Source of the DNA: an uncultured Candidatus Saccharibacteria bacterium
Lineage (GTDB): Bacteria; Patescibacteriota; Minisyncoccia; Phycocordibacterales; WO2-35-19
Direction of reading: 5' to 3'
NCBI GenBank assembly: GCA_964519145.1
Contig: CAZFHL010000003.1
Span: 1 to 42,143 of the forward strand
DNA length: 42,143 nucleotides
Positions 7,447 through 15,669 of this stretch are shown here, piece by piece (the stretch's first letter is position 1; each line of letters begins with the position of its first letter). The notes below the pieces were generated by a model. It was not told the origin of the DNA and ran no database searches. It was given only the letters and a program-made list of their open reading frames with translations. The translations under genes were made by a program, and so were the position numbers.

Positions 7447-7492
7447 TTCAGTATTTAAAATTTAAAAAGATTTAATTTTTTTGAATACTGAA
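7447..7492 (+). repeat. small cargo-less hairpin related to the cassette terminal repeats
   Basis: ttcagtatttaaaa.. pairs with ..ttttgaatactgaa. The arms resemble the outer repeats of cassette A (ttcagtact) and cassette B (attcaaa). It sits at the very 5' end of the L2262 intron. Confidence 0.5.
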
Positions 7493-7635
7493 TCCATGGC
7501 GCCTCCAGAGATTTGTCATCTCAAAACAAACAAATAAGGGGGACCATAGAGCGAAACCTCTATGAGAAAAGTTAGCTATATGCTGAGAAATCTCTTTGAG
7601 ATAATCAGCAGGGAAGTTAAATATTCAAATTTTTG

Positions 7636-7668
7636 GAAAAAGAAAATGCCAGCTCTTACGCGACTGGC
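7636..7668 (-). terminator. terminator-like hairpin after peptide B
   Basis: Minus strand: gccag-tcgcgtaagag-ctggc followed by attttcttttt. Confidence 0.45.
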
Positions 7669-7679
7669 TTACGGTCTTG

Positions 7680-7829
7680 TTAGATGAGTTGGAACTTTCG
7701 GAAAAAGCCAATGAGGCAAAGACCGAAAATCAAAGGAACGGTGATCACCACAAAAACCATCTGATCTTGGTGGTGTTGGGGATGGGTCAATGAATGCTGG
7801 TGACCCAACCCAACCAACGCTAACCACAT
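7680..7829 (-). CDS. small peptide (49 aa) encoded antisense to the rRNA: MWLALVGLGHQHSLTHPQHHQDQMVFVVITVPLIFGLCLIGFFRKFQLI
   Basis: AAGGAG, 6 nt, then ATG (7829); stop taa at 7682-7680. The peptide has a His/Gln-rich head, one hydrophobic helix and a basic tail. It is in a different frame from track ORF 7669..7878, which starts at the TTG of the -35 box. Confidence 0.55.
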   Translation of the reverse strand: MWLALVGLGHQHSLTHPQHHQDQMVFVVITVPLIFGLCLIGFFRKFQLI

Positions 7830-7849
7830 AAGGAACTCCTTTCGTGGTC

Positions 7850-7878
7850 ATTATGGCAAAACAATGACTTTTTGTCAA
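7850..7878 (-). promoter_or_regulatory. near-consensus promoter of peptide B
   Basis: Minus strand: TTGACA (7878-7873), exactly 17-nt spacer, CATAAT (7855-7850). Confidence 0.6.
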
Positions 7879-8355
7879 GCAAATCTTGACTCCAAAAATT
7901 TGAATATTTAATCCTTCAGAGACTAAACGCTAACCTTCTTGAAAAAGAAGATGATATAGTCCGAACTTTGTGGCGACACAAAGAGTAATAATTTATCCGT
8001 TAGTTATTGATTAACACAATGCCTAAAGAGTAACGGAGGAGCCTATTAAGGTCAGCTAGGCGTGAATGGAAACCATGCCGATAGTGTATAGGCACAAGCT
8101 GGCTTAACTGCAAGACGTAAGTGTCACGCAGATGCGAAAGCAGAGCTAAATGAACCGATCGTCCGCGTTAGACGCGGCGAAAGATTATCTGACAAAAGCT
8201 ACTCCGGGGATAACAGGCTGGTACTGCCTAAGCGTCCAGAGCGACGGCAGTGTTCGGCACCTCGATGTCGGCTCATCTTATCCCGGGGGTGGAGAAGCTC
8301 CCAAGGGTATGGCTGTTCGCCATTTAAAAAGATACGCGAGCTGGGTTCAGACCGT

Positions 8356-8452
8356 ACAGAAGTTATAAAGTTAAAAGTTTGTAAAGTTTTTAAAGTAAGG
8401 GAATTAATTTTTTACTTTATAAACTTTATAAACTTTATAAACTTTCAACTGT
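8356..8452 (+). repeat. AT-rich palindromic hairpin (ataaagt family) in the P1 loop of the L2593 intron
   Basis: acag (8356-8359) pairs with ctgt (8449-8452). The right arm contains tttataaac x3 in tandem. The core is taaagtttttaaagta-loop-tactttataaac. Confidence 0.7.
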
Positions 8453-8613
8453 TGTGCAATCTGAATCCCTTCGAGAAATTATAAATAATTTTGTTTTAGT
8501 TTTTTCGTTTTAAAATTATTAAAGATATCAAGACTTTAATAATAAATGTTAGTAGATACCCGCCTTAGCTAAAAAAGCTATGGCGGGCGATGCAATCAAA
8601 TCACGGCGGTCCG

Positions 8614-8709
8614 ATGATTTATAAAGTAGAAAGTCCGTAAAGTTTTTAAAGTAAGTGCAAAATGTATTTACTTTATAAACATTATAACTTTAAAAACTTT
8701 ATGAATCAT
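8614..8709 (+). repeat. AT-rich palindromic hairpin (ataaagt family), P2 position of the L2593 intron
   Basis: atgatttataaagt pairs with actttatgaatcat. The core is gtaaagtttttaaagta-loop-tactttataaac. Confidence 0.7.
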
Positions 8710-9081
8710 TGGAATAAGTTGACTTATATCGGTGAAGTCCAATTTGGATAACACCGAGGGAACCGCGTCTGACGCGGACCCGTAGAGACTAAACGTCAAC
8801 AATTTGTTTTCTTTTGTAAGAGGTGAGGGGAGAATAAGCAATCAGTCAACCCAAACGACGAAGTATGTCGGACTGTATTTGCAGTTTCCATTTTGCAAAA
8901 AATGGATTCCATGCGTGCCACGGTACCCTCCCTCCTCTCTTACAGAGGAAAACAGATTAAGCTATAGTCCATTGCCACAAGTAATTGTGGGGTTCCGCCT
9001 TCGCTAAAAGCTATGGCGGACAAATCAAGCGTGAGACAGGTTGGTCTCCTATCTACTGCAGGCGTTGATTCTTGAGGGGAT

Positions 9082-9112
<31 letters not shown>

Positions 9113-9476
9113 TGACCTCTGGTGTGCCTGCTGTTCTGCCAAGAGCATCGCAGGGTAGCTAAGTCGGGAAAGGATAACCTCTGAAAGCATCTAAGAGGGA
9201 AGCCCACCCCAAGATTAGGAATCGTTAAGGATCGTGAGAGATGATCACGTTGATAGGCGCTAGGTGTAAGTATTGTAAAATATTAAGCCGAGGCGTACTA
9301 ATTTTCCGATTTCTTTCCACCAGAAACATTTTGTTTCTGTTTTTAGAAAATTTTACTCTGCTATATGGGACTTTCAAGTCTTATAATTGTTTTTTTAAAT
9401 AAAATATATAAATAGATTTATTTCAAAAATTCTCGCAAGAAAGACTTTTGAAAGAGATTTAATATTTGAATATTGT

Positions 9477-9585
9477 GTGTTGGTGGCTTAACGCTAAGGT
9501 CACACCCGTTCTCATTCCGAACACGGAAGTTAAGCTTGGTAGTGCCGATGGTACTCGCAAGGGGAGAGTAGGTAGCCGCCAGCAC
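9477..9585 (+). rRNA. rrf: 5S rRNA
   Basis: gtgttggtggc...cccgttctcattccgaacacggaagttaagc...gccgatggtact...ggggagagtaggtagccgccagcac. The terminal helix is gtgttggtggc/gccgccagcac (G-U pairs). It lies about 150 nt after the 23S gene. Confidence 0.9.
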
Positions 9586-9723
9586 ATAGTTTTCAAATCT
9601 AAAATACAGTGTCACATGTTTCTTATATACACAATCTTTTAGTTAATTACGATAAATGATATAATAGTTTCATTAATAGTAGATTTTCATGTTGTTAATG
9701 CACATGAAATAAAATTTAAATTT

Positions 9724-9945
9724 ATGGAAATATTAGATAATGAAGTTAATAGAGATCACGAAAATGATGATCAAGGGACACCTGAACAAATAGCAGATAA
9801 TGAAAGAAGAATAAAGATTAATACTTTATTTGTAGAAAGAGGTCAATTGGCGAATAGACTTGCGGAAGGAGAGAGCAGTGAAGTCAGTGAACGCATTAAA
9901 GAAATAGATGAAGAAATCGCTGAATTAGAAAGTCAACAGAAATAA
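9724..9945 (+). CDS. small acidic coiled-coil protein, hypothetical
   Basis: 73-aa ORF, Glu/Asp-rich with a heptad-like C-terminus (SERIKEIDEEIAELESQQK). Confidence 0.4.
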   Translation: MEILDNEVNRDHENDDQGTPEQIADNERRIKINTLFVERGQLANRLAEGESSEVSERIKEIDEEIAELESQQK

Positions 9946-10115
9946 AATCTAAAATCCGGCATGGATTGTGTTAGGGTGAGCAAGTAGACCTTGCTTCTTC
10001 ATGAATTCCTCGACAGATCAGGGTTGAGTCTGGTAAGAATCTACTATATTATAATTTTGTCAAATTTATGGTTAAATAGATGATAGATATTTGTATATAG
10101 TATATAATATGATGT

Positions 10116-11519
10116 ATGAACGAATGGGCTAGCAGAAGAAAAAATATTTATTTATTTATTTTGGTAATATTCTTATCGGGTATTTCTTTTTACTTTTTTT
10201 ACAATTTTTGGTATCAAAAACCCAGCTGTTTTGATAATTTAAAAAATGGAGATGAGACGGGTATTGATTGTGGAGGGAAATGTCAATCTGTTTGTCAGGG
10301 AGAAACAATACAACCTATTATAAAATGGGATCCAAGGTTATTTAATGTAGATGCAAACATTTGGAGCCTTTTAGTTTATGTAGAAAATCCAAATATAAAT
10401 CATAAAATTTCTTATTTGCCATATAAAATCACAATTTATAATGATAAGAGTGATGTTATTTTTGAAAAAAGTGGCGCAACTATTTTGCCGAAAAATAAAA
10501 CGGTGGGTATTTTTGAAGGTAATATAGATTTAAAATTAAATAGACCACAAAGAGCTTTGTTTGAAATTGAGAAAGGTATTTTGTGGGAAGTCGATAAGAC
10601 TGATAATTATAATGATTTAAAAATAACACATACTCCTCTTATAAAATTAGATTCTTTTCCTAAAATAGAGGCCGAGGTAAAAAATGATGGACTAACTAAT
10701 TTAGAGAATATTGAATTAATCGTGGCTATTTTTGATGGTAAAGATAATGTAATAGCATCTTCTCGTACTTTTGTAGATAAATTAAATAAAAACACATCAA
10801 AGCAAATATTTTTTACTTGGAATAAGCCATTTGATTTAGGTATTAAAAGATGTGATAAAAATTCAGATATTGTTCTTCTTTTTGACAGGTCTGGTTCTAT
10901 GGCTTCGGTATCTATAAAACCTAAACAACCTTTGACTGATGCAAAAATTGCAACAATATCATTTTTAGAAAATTTATCAAAAGAAGATCAGGTTTCTGTT
11001 GTTTCTTTTGCAAATAATGCAACAGATCCTATTGATTTAACTCTGACAAGTGATTTTAAAGAAGTTGAAAATATTTTAACTCAAATAGATATATTTAATC
11101 AAGGTTTACAATATACAAATATATTTGAAGCTCTAAGATTTGGAAGACAGGAGCTTTTGTCTGCTAGAACAAAATCAGATTCAAATAAAATTATAATTTT
11201 ATTTACAGATGGGATAGCAAACGCTCCATTGGTTCAGAGCGGTAATACAGAAAAAGAAGACATAAATTATGCAGAAAATTTGGCATTAAATGAGTCTTTA
11301 AATATTAAAAAAGATAACATAGATATATATACTGTTGGTTTAGGTAAAAATATAAATGAATCCTTTCTTAAAAAAATAGCCTCTAGTGATAAAAAATATT
11401 TTTATGCACCTACTACTGATGATTTGTTTCAGATTTATAAAGATATCTCTTACCAAATTTGTAAAGAAGTACCGGCAAGAATAGAAATTACTCATAAAAT
11501 ATTTGGAAATTTAAATTAA
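10116..11519 (+). CDS. membrane-anchored von Willebrand factor A (vWA) domain protein
   Basis: N-terminal TM segment (IYLFILVIFLSGISFYFFY), a Cys-rich stretch, a MIDAS-type motif LLFDRSGSMAS, and a later ILFTDG. Confidence 0.7.
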   Translation: MNEWASRRKNIYLFILVIFLSGISFYFFYNFWYQKPSCFDNLKNGDETGIDCGGKCQSVCQGETIQPIIKWDPRLFNVDANIWSLLVYVENPNINHKISYLPYKITIYNDKSDVIFEKSGATILPKNKTVGIFEGNIDLKLNRPQRALFEIEKGILWEVDKTDNYNDLKITHTPLIKLDSFPKIEAEVKNDGLTNLENIELIVAIFDGKDNVIASSRTFVDKLNKNTSKQIFFTWNKPFDLGIKRCDKNSDIVLLFDRSGSMASVSIKPKQPLTDAKIATISFLENLSKEDQVSVVSFANNATDPIDLTLTSDFKEVENILTQIDIFNQGLQYTNIFEALRFGRQELLSARTKSDSNKIIILFTDGIANAPLVQSGNTEKEDINYAENLALNESLNIKKDNIDIYTVGLGKNINESFLKKIASSDKKYFYAPTTDDLFQIYKDISYQICKEVPARIEITHKIFGNLN

Positions 11520-11523
11520 AATT

Positions 11524-12678
11524 ATGCCAATTTTTTTGAAGAGAATCACAGAATCAATAGATTGGATTTTATTTTTAAGTGTAATTTTGGTATCTGTTGC
11601 TGGTCTTTTAACACTAAACTCTTTTGTTGATAATACTGATTATGATGTTAATTTTAGAAATTTATTTAATAAACAGCTGATTTGGTTGTCTTTTTCTGTT
11701 TTTATATTTTTTATTGCAAGTTTGATTGATTGGCGTTTTTTAAGAAAAAGCTCATCTGTTTTTATAATATTTATTTCTTCTTGTTTTGTTTTGTTGATGC
11801 TGTTTATTTCAGGTTCAATTTTTAAAGGTGCCCGGAGTTGGTTTGATCTTGGTTTTTTTGCTTTTCAACCCGTTGATTTAGTAAAAATAGTCTTGGTTTT
11901 AGTTTTAGCAAAATATTTTAGTAGAAGGCATATAGAAATAGCTAATATAAGGCATATATTTGTATCTGGATTTTATGCCTTTATTTTATTTTTATTAGTT
12001 TTATTACAACCAGATTTTGGTTCAGCAATAATTATATTTTTTATATGGCTTTCTGTTATTTTAATATCTGGTGTGTCTAAAAAACATTTATTAATGGTTT
12101 TTTTGATGGCTAGCATTAGTTTCTCTTGTCTTTGGTTTTTTGGTTTTAAAGATTATCAAAAAGCGAGAATACGAACTTTTATAGACCCATTAACTGATAT
12201 AAGAGGAGCTGGATATAATGTATATCAATCTGTTATAGCTGTAGGATCTGGAGGTTTTTTGGGCAAAGGTATTGGACTTGGAAGTCAATCTAAATTACAA
12301 TTTTTACCCGAATATGAGACGGATTTTATATTTGCAGCTTTTAGTGAAGAGTGGGGTTTTGTTGGTGTTGTTATAATGATATTTTTATATGGAGTAATTT
12401 TTTTCAAGATATTAAATATTTCTAAAAGGGGTGCGAGCAATTTTGAAACTTTTTATGGGCTGGGTTTATTGTCTATTTTTATTTCCCATTTTATTATTCA
12501 TGTTGGTATGAATATCGGTCTCATGCCTGTGACGGGTATAACAATGCCTTTTATGAGTTATGGAGGTTCTCATTTGGTGGCAGAATTTTTAGGCTTAGGT
12601 ATTTTGATGGGTATGAAAAATTATTCACTTAATTCTGATAGGGCATTATTTTTAGATGGTAGTCCAGATTCTGTATAG
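11524..12678 (+). CDS. SEDS-family peptidoglycan polymerase (FtsW/RodA/SpoVE)
   Basis: About 10 TM segments, plus LQPDFGSA, YQSVIAVGSGGFLGKGIGLGSQSKLQFLPEYETDFIFAAFSEEWGF and PFMSYGGS blocks typical of the family. Confidence 0.85.
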   Translation: MPIFLKRITESIDWILFLSVILVSVAGLLTLNSFVDNTDYDVNFRNLFNKQLIWLSFSVFIFFIASLIDWRFLRKSSSVFIIFISSCFVLLMLFISGSIFKGARSWFDLGFFAFQPVDLVKIVLVLVLAKYFSRRHIEIANIRHIFVSGFYAFILFLLVLLQPDFGSAIIIFFIWLSVILISGVSKKHLLMVFLMASISFSCLWFFGFKDYQKARIRTFIDPLTDIRGAGYNVYQSVIAVGSGGFLGKGIGLGSQSKLQFLPEYETDFIFAAFSEEWGFVGVVIMIFLYGVIFFKILNISKRGASNFETFYGLGLLSIFISHFIIHVGMNIGLMPVTGITMPFMSYGGSHLVAEFLGLGILMGMKNYSLNSDRALFLDGSPDSV

Positions 12679-13860
12679 TTATTTAAATAAATAATTATAC
12701 AAAGCTGTTGTTTTTGAAATCATTTGTTCTAGTGAAAACTTATTTATTATGATTTGTTTTAAATTTTCACTATAGTTATTTAGCTGTTCTTTATTGTTTA
12801 CTGCATATATTATTGCTTCTGTTATTTCTTTTGAATTGTTTGGATGTATCAATATACCATTTTCCATATCATTTATTATTTCCGGTATACCACCAACACT
12901 TGTGCTGATAATTGGTGTTTTAGAATATCCGGCTTCTAAAATTACATAAGGTAGATTTTCATTTATAGAAGTAAATAAAAATATGTCAGATTCATTGATT
13001 AATTGTCTAGCATCATCTATAAAACCTAATAAAAATATATTGGCATTTAGTTTTAACTCATTTATTAATTTTGTTAAATTTTCTCTCTCCTCTCCTTCGC
13101 CTGCTATATAATATTTAATTCTATTTTTTAATTCATTTGGTAAATCAGATATTCCTAAAATAGCTTTATTTAGAGCCTTATTTCTGTGTAATTCAGCTAT
13201 GGTAAATAAAATAATATCATTTTCTTCTTTTTTTATTAGTGTTTTTTGTTTATTTGGTTCAATAAAATTTTCTATTCCATTATGTATCACTTCTATTTTA
13301 TTTCTTATTAAAGAAAATCTGGATATATTTCTTTTGGTTTTTTCTGATACTGCTATCGTTTTGTCACAAATAATGATGATAAAATAATAAAATAATAAAA
13401 ATAATATTTTTGAAAAAATATTTCTACTCTCTTCTTTAAAAGCAAATCCGTGTATTGTAAAAATTGATCTAAATTTGATTTTATCTTTTTTAAATATATT
13501 TATTATTTTTAAAAACAAAATAGCAACTGATCCCAAAAAACCAATTTTAGAAGAATTAAAATGTATAAAATCTGGACGCTCTTTTTTAATTATTTTAATT
13601 ATTTCAACCAGACTTTTTATATCAGATGTTATTTTGATGTCTCTCATAGAATTTGTGAGCTCAATTGTTTTTATGTTTTCTTGTTCAAGTTTGTCTTTCA
13701 AAATTGAGCCATTTTTTGTCCCTAAACAAACTGAAATATCAAAATCTGCTTTTAGTTTCCTGCTCAAATCATAGACATATCTTTGTGCTCCACCAAAATT
13801 ACCTTTGGTTATCATAAACATCATTTTCATTTTTCCTTTATTTTTTAGTGTTTCTTGCAT
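12679..13860 (-). CDS. glycosyltransferase family 4 (GT-B fold)
   Basis: GNFGGAQRYVYDL near the N-terminus and a C-terminal E..PYVILEAGYSKTPIISTSVGGIPEII block (E-x7-E-like region). The true start may be the internal MKMMFM. Confidence 0.7.
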   Translation of the reverse strand: MQETLKNKGKMKMMFMITKGNFGGAQRYVYDLSRKLKADFDISVCLGTKNGSILKDKLEQENIKTIELTNSMRDIKITSDIKSLVEIIKIIKKERPDFIHFNSSKIGFLGSVAILFLKIINIFKKDKIKFRSIFTIHGFAFKEESRNIFSKILFLLFYYFIIIICDKTIAVSEKTKRNISRFSLIRNKIEVIHNGIENFIEPNKQKTLIKKEENDIILFTIAELHRNKALNKAILGISDLPNELKNRIKYYIAGEGEERENLTKLINELKLNANIFLLGFIDDARQLINESDIFLFTSINENLPYVILEAGYSKTPIISTSVGGIPEIINDMENGILIHPNNSKEITEAIIYAVNNKEQLNNYSENLKQIIINKFSLEQMISKTTALYNYLFK

Positions 13861-13924
13861 TTGGTTATTTTATATTAGTTTTTCTTTTAATTCAATTATG
13901 TCCATCTGTTTTGTTTTTTAAGAA

Positions 13925-13960
13925 AATGAAAGAAAAATACCTCACAGCAAAGCTGTGAGG
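13925..13960 (-). terminator. intrinsic terminator after folB
   Basis: cctcacagc / gctgtgagg hairpin (13940-13960) followed on the minus strand by tatttttctttc. Confidence 0.65.
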
Positions 13961-13980
13961 TAAAATACAAAAAGATATAT

Positions 13981-14361
13981 TTATCCAACATGTCTATGAT
14001 TTAATTTTCTGGCATTCAAATTAAAAGAAACATATGCTGTATTAGCTGTTGCACTTGGTTTTATGATTTTAATTTTTACTTTTTTTACTTTTGGATTTTT
14101 GAATAGAATCTTCCTTATCTCATTTGCTAAATGTTCAATCAAACAAAAAGATCTATCCACAATAAGTTTTTCAATTTCTGAAATTATATAAACATAATCA
14201 ATACTATCGGATATATTATCGCTTTCCATTGGAATCTTAAAATCTGCAAATATTTTGCAATTTATAAATATTTTTTGAGCGTAGGAAATTTCTTCTTCTG
14301 AAACTCCCAACCTACATCTTAGACATAAATTATTTATCTCTATATAGTTTTTTGCATTCAT
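13981..14361 (-). CDS. folB: dihydroneopterin aldolase
   Basis: Starting at MNAKNYIEINNL..., the pattern L.CRLGVSEEE....Q.I.I......D........D.I.DSIDY..I...I......SF.LIEHLA..I fits FolB. The ATG overlaps the folK stop (TAATG at 14359-14363). The longer track ORF (to 14427) is probably an overcall. Confidence 0.65.
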   Translation of the reverse strand: MNAKNYIEINNLCLRCRLGVSEEEISYAQKIFINCKIFADFKIPMESDNISDSIDYVYIISEIEKLIVDRSFCLIEHLANEIRKILFKNPKVKKVKIKIIKPSATANTAYVSFNLNARKLNHRHVG

Positions 14362-14864
14362 TACCAGATTTCCTCTTCTTCTGTGAATTCCATAACTTTT
14401 TGTCCAGGAGTATTTTGCATCAACCAAATCAATAATGCTGTATCGTCTGTGGCTTCAATTATTGGAACAAGGACAAACTTTCTCTCGCATATGCGAGAGT
14501 GTGGAATAGTTAATCTTTTATTTTTATATATAAGAATATCTTTGTAAATAAGATCATCCCAAACAAGTATATCAATATCTATTGGACGCGGGCCATTTCT
14601 GTATAAATTTGTGCGTCCCATTTCCTTTTCAATTTCTTTAAATTCCAAATAACAATGTTCAACAGATTTATCTGTATCTATAATCACTACTTGGTTTAAA
14701 AACCACTGTTGGTCTAAACAATCAACTGGCTCTGTCTCATATATTTTTGATTTTTTTAATACCTTAAATCCTCTATCTTCAAGTTTACCAATAGAAACTT
14801 CAAGATTGGATAGTTTGTTACCAAGATTACTTCCAAGACCTAAAATTTTATATTTTTTAGTCAT
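14361..14864 (-). CDS. folK: 2-amino-4-hydroxy-6-hydroxymethyldihydropterin pyrophosphokinase (HPPK)
   Basis: LGLGSNLG, YETEPV...Q.WFLNQVV, GPRPIDIDIL and LTIPHSRICERKFVLVPI blocks. Confidence 0.8.
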   Translation of the reverse strand: MTKKYKILGLGSNLGNKLSNLEVSIGKLEDRGFKVLKKSKIYETEPVDCLDQQWFLNQVVIIDTDKSVEHCYLEFKEIEKEMGRTNLYRNGPRPIDIDILVWDDLIYKDILIYKNKRLTIPHSRICERKFVLVPIIEATDDTALLIWLMQNTPGQKVMEFTEEEEIW

Positions 14865-14875
14865 TTTAACATCCT

Positions 14876-15547
14876 TTAGTTGTTGTATCTAAGATTTTTT
14901 TTGGTATTGAATAAAATTTTATGATTTATCTCTCGAAAAACAATAATGTGCCTATCTTCTTCAATATCACATACATAATGTATCGGTCTCAAATCCTCAC
15001 TATCTATTTTTCTAGGAGCTCTCAATATTACAAGATCCCCTTGATCTGTAGAAAATTTTATCTCATTAGTCTGATTCTTATCTTCTGCAGTACAAAAATT
15101 ACTTTTGCCTTTTATTACAAATATAAAAGTAAAATTTACAGAAAAGCTATTGTCTTTGTGTGGTCCAATCCCAATATCACATTTTTGATAAAAACTTGAA
15201 TTAACCCTCACTTCATCTACTTCAAATGCATTCTCTATTTTTTCATGCAAATTTTTAGATAAATTAAGGTAAGCATTTTCTACCTCTGATAAATATGGGT
15301 AGTTTCTCATTATTGCCATTTCAAAATCCCAACTAGCAAGTTCTTGTGAAGTGTTGCCGTATCTTTTTGGTCTTTGAATATAATTTCTTTCGTTTCCTTT
15401 TAGTTCGCCCAACACAAGATTACAAAGACTTGGATCTATAAATTGTCTTATTACAACAACACCTGTCTCATTTGGATCATATAGTTTTTTGCAAAGTTTT
15501 TCAAAATCAATCAAGGTGTACATACAATTTCCTCTTTCATTTTTCAA
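14876..15547 (-). CDS. hypothetical protein, possible 2OG-Fe(II) oxygenase/cupin fold
   Basis: 223-aa ORF with GIGPHKDNSF (HxD-like) and a later RPIHYV. The assignment is weak. Confidence 0.4.
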   Translation of the reverse strand: MKNERGNCMYTLIDFEKLCKKLYDPNETGVVVIRQFIDPSLCNLVLGELKGNERNYIQRPKRYGNTSQELASWDFEMAIMRNYPYLSEVENAYLNLSKNLHEKIENAFEVDEVRVNSSFYQKCDIGIGPHKDNSFSVNFTFIFVIKGKSNFCTAEDKNQTNEIKFSTDQGDLVILRAPRKIDSEDLRPIHYVCDIEEDRHIIVFREINHKILFNTKKNLRYNN

Positions 15548-15669
15548 AGACCATTTCCTTTATTATTTTATATAAACAAAATATAAAGTCATACATAATG
15601 ACTTTTAAAATTGTTTATATGTTGATATATAAAGCTATTATTGGTATATTTATTTAGTAGTCATAAAAA

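Larger units (their letters stand above)
7617..7911 (-). mobile_element. inverted-repeat-bounded mini-cassette B nested in the L2262 intron
   Basis: Perfect 21-bp IR ttaaatattcaaatttttgga (7617-7637) / tccaaaaatttgaatatttaa (7891-7911). The interior is visibly more G+C-rich than the intron. Confidence 0.75.
7448..8021 (+). mobile_element. group I intron at about E. coli site 2262 (between helix 80 and helix 81), carrying nested antisense cassette B
   Basis: Joining ..tagtggggcgctatccT (7447) to cctaaagagtaacggaggagcc (8022-) recreates GGGGCGGUCUCCU|CCUAAAGAGUAACGGAGGA with an intact tcctcc/ggagga helix. The intron ends in G (8021). Core motifs are agagactaaacg (7918-7929) and gatatagtcc (7953-7962). 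An alternative 5' boundary after 7504 (ggcgccT) was considered less parsimonious. Confidence 0.65.
8356..9029 (+). mobile_element. group I intron at 23S site equivalent to E. coli 2593 (the I-CreI intron site), ORF-less and composite
   Basis: The exon gctgggttcagaccgT|...caaatcaaG|cgtgagacagg rejoins to GGGUUUAGAACGU|CGUGAGACAG. P1 pairs gaccgt (8350-8355) with gcggtc (8606-8611). Core motifs are agagactaaacg (8784-8795) and gctatagtcc (8961-8970). Confidence 0.75.

Noticed and set aside
7669-7878. Track ORF (69 aa, MTKSHCFAIM...) in cassette B as the cassette product
   Set aside because: Its start is the TTG of the TTGACA -35 box, so it would lie upstream of the transcription start. The SD-preceded ATG at 7829 opens a different frame encoding a TM peptide, which I consider the better candidate.
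13199-15657. Antisense and overlapping AT-rich track ORFs (13199..13387, 13475..13774, 14921..15199, 15472..15657, and similar ones at 10607, 23749, 24212, 24517, 24777, 25930, 26124, 27350, 27647, 32715, 36807, 37320, 37551, 39271)
   Set aside because: Each lies opposite a longer ORF with clear family motifs. Their composition is Ile/Phe/Lys-rich, as expected from reverse-reading AT-rich coding DNA.
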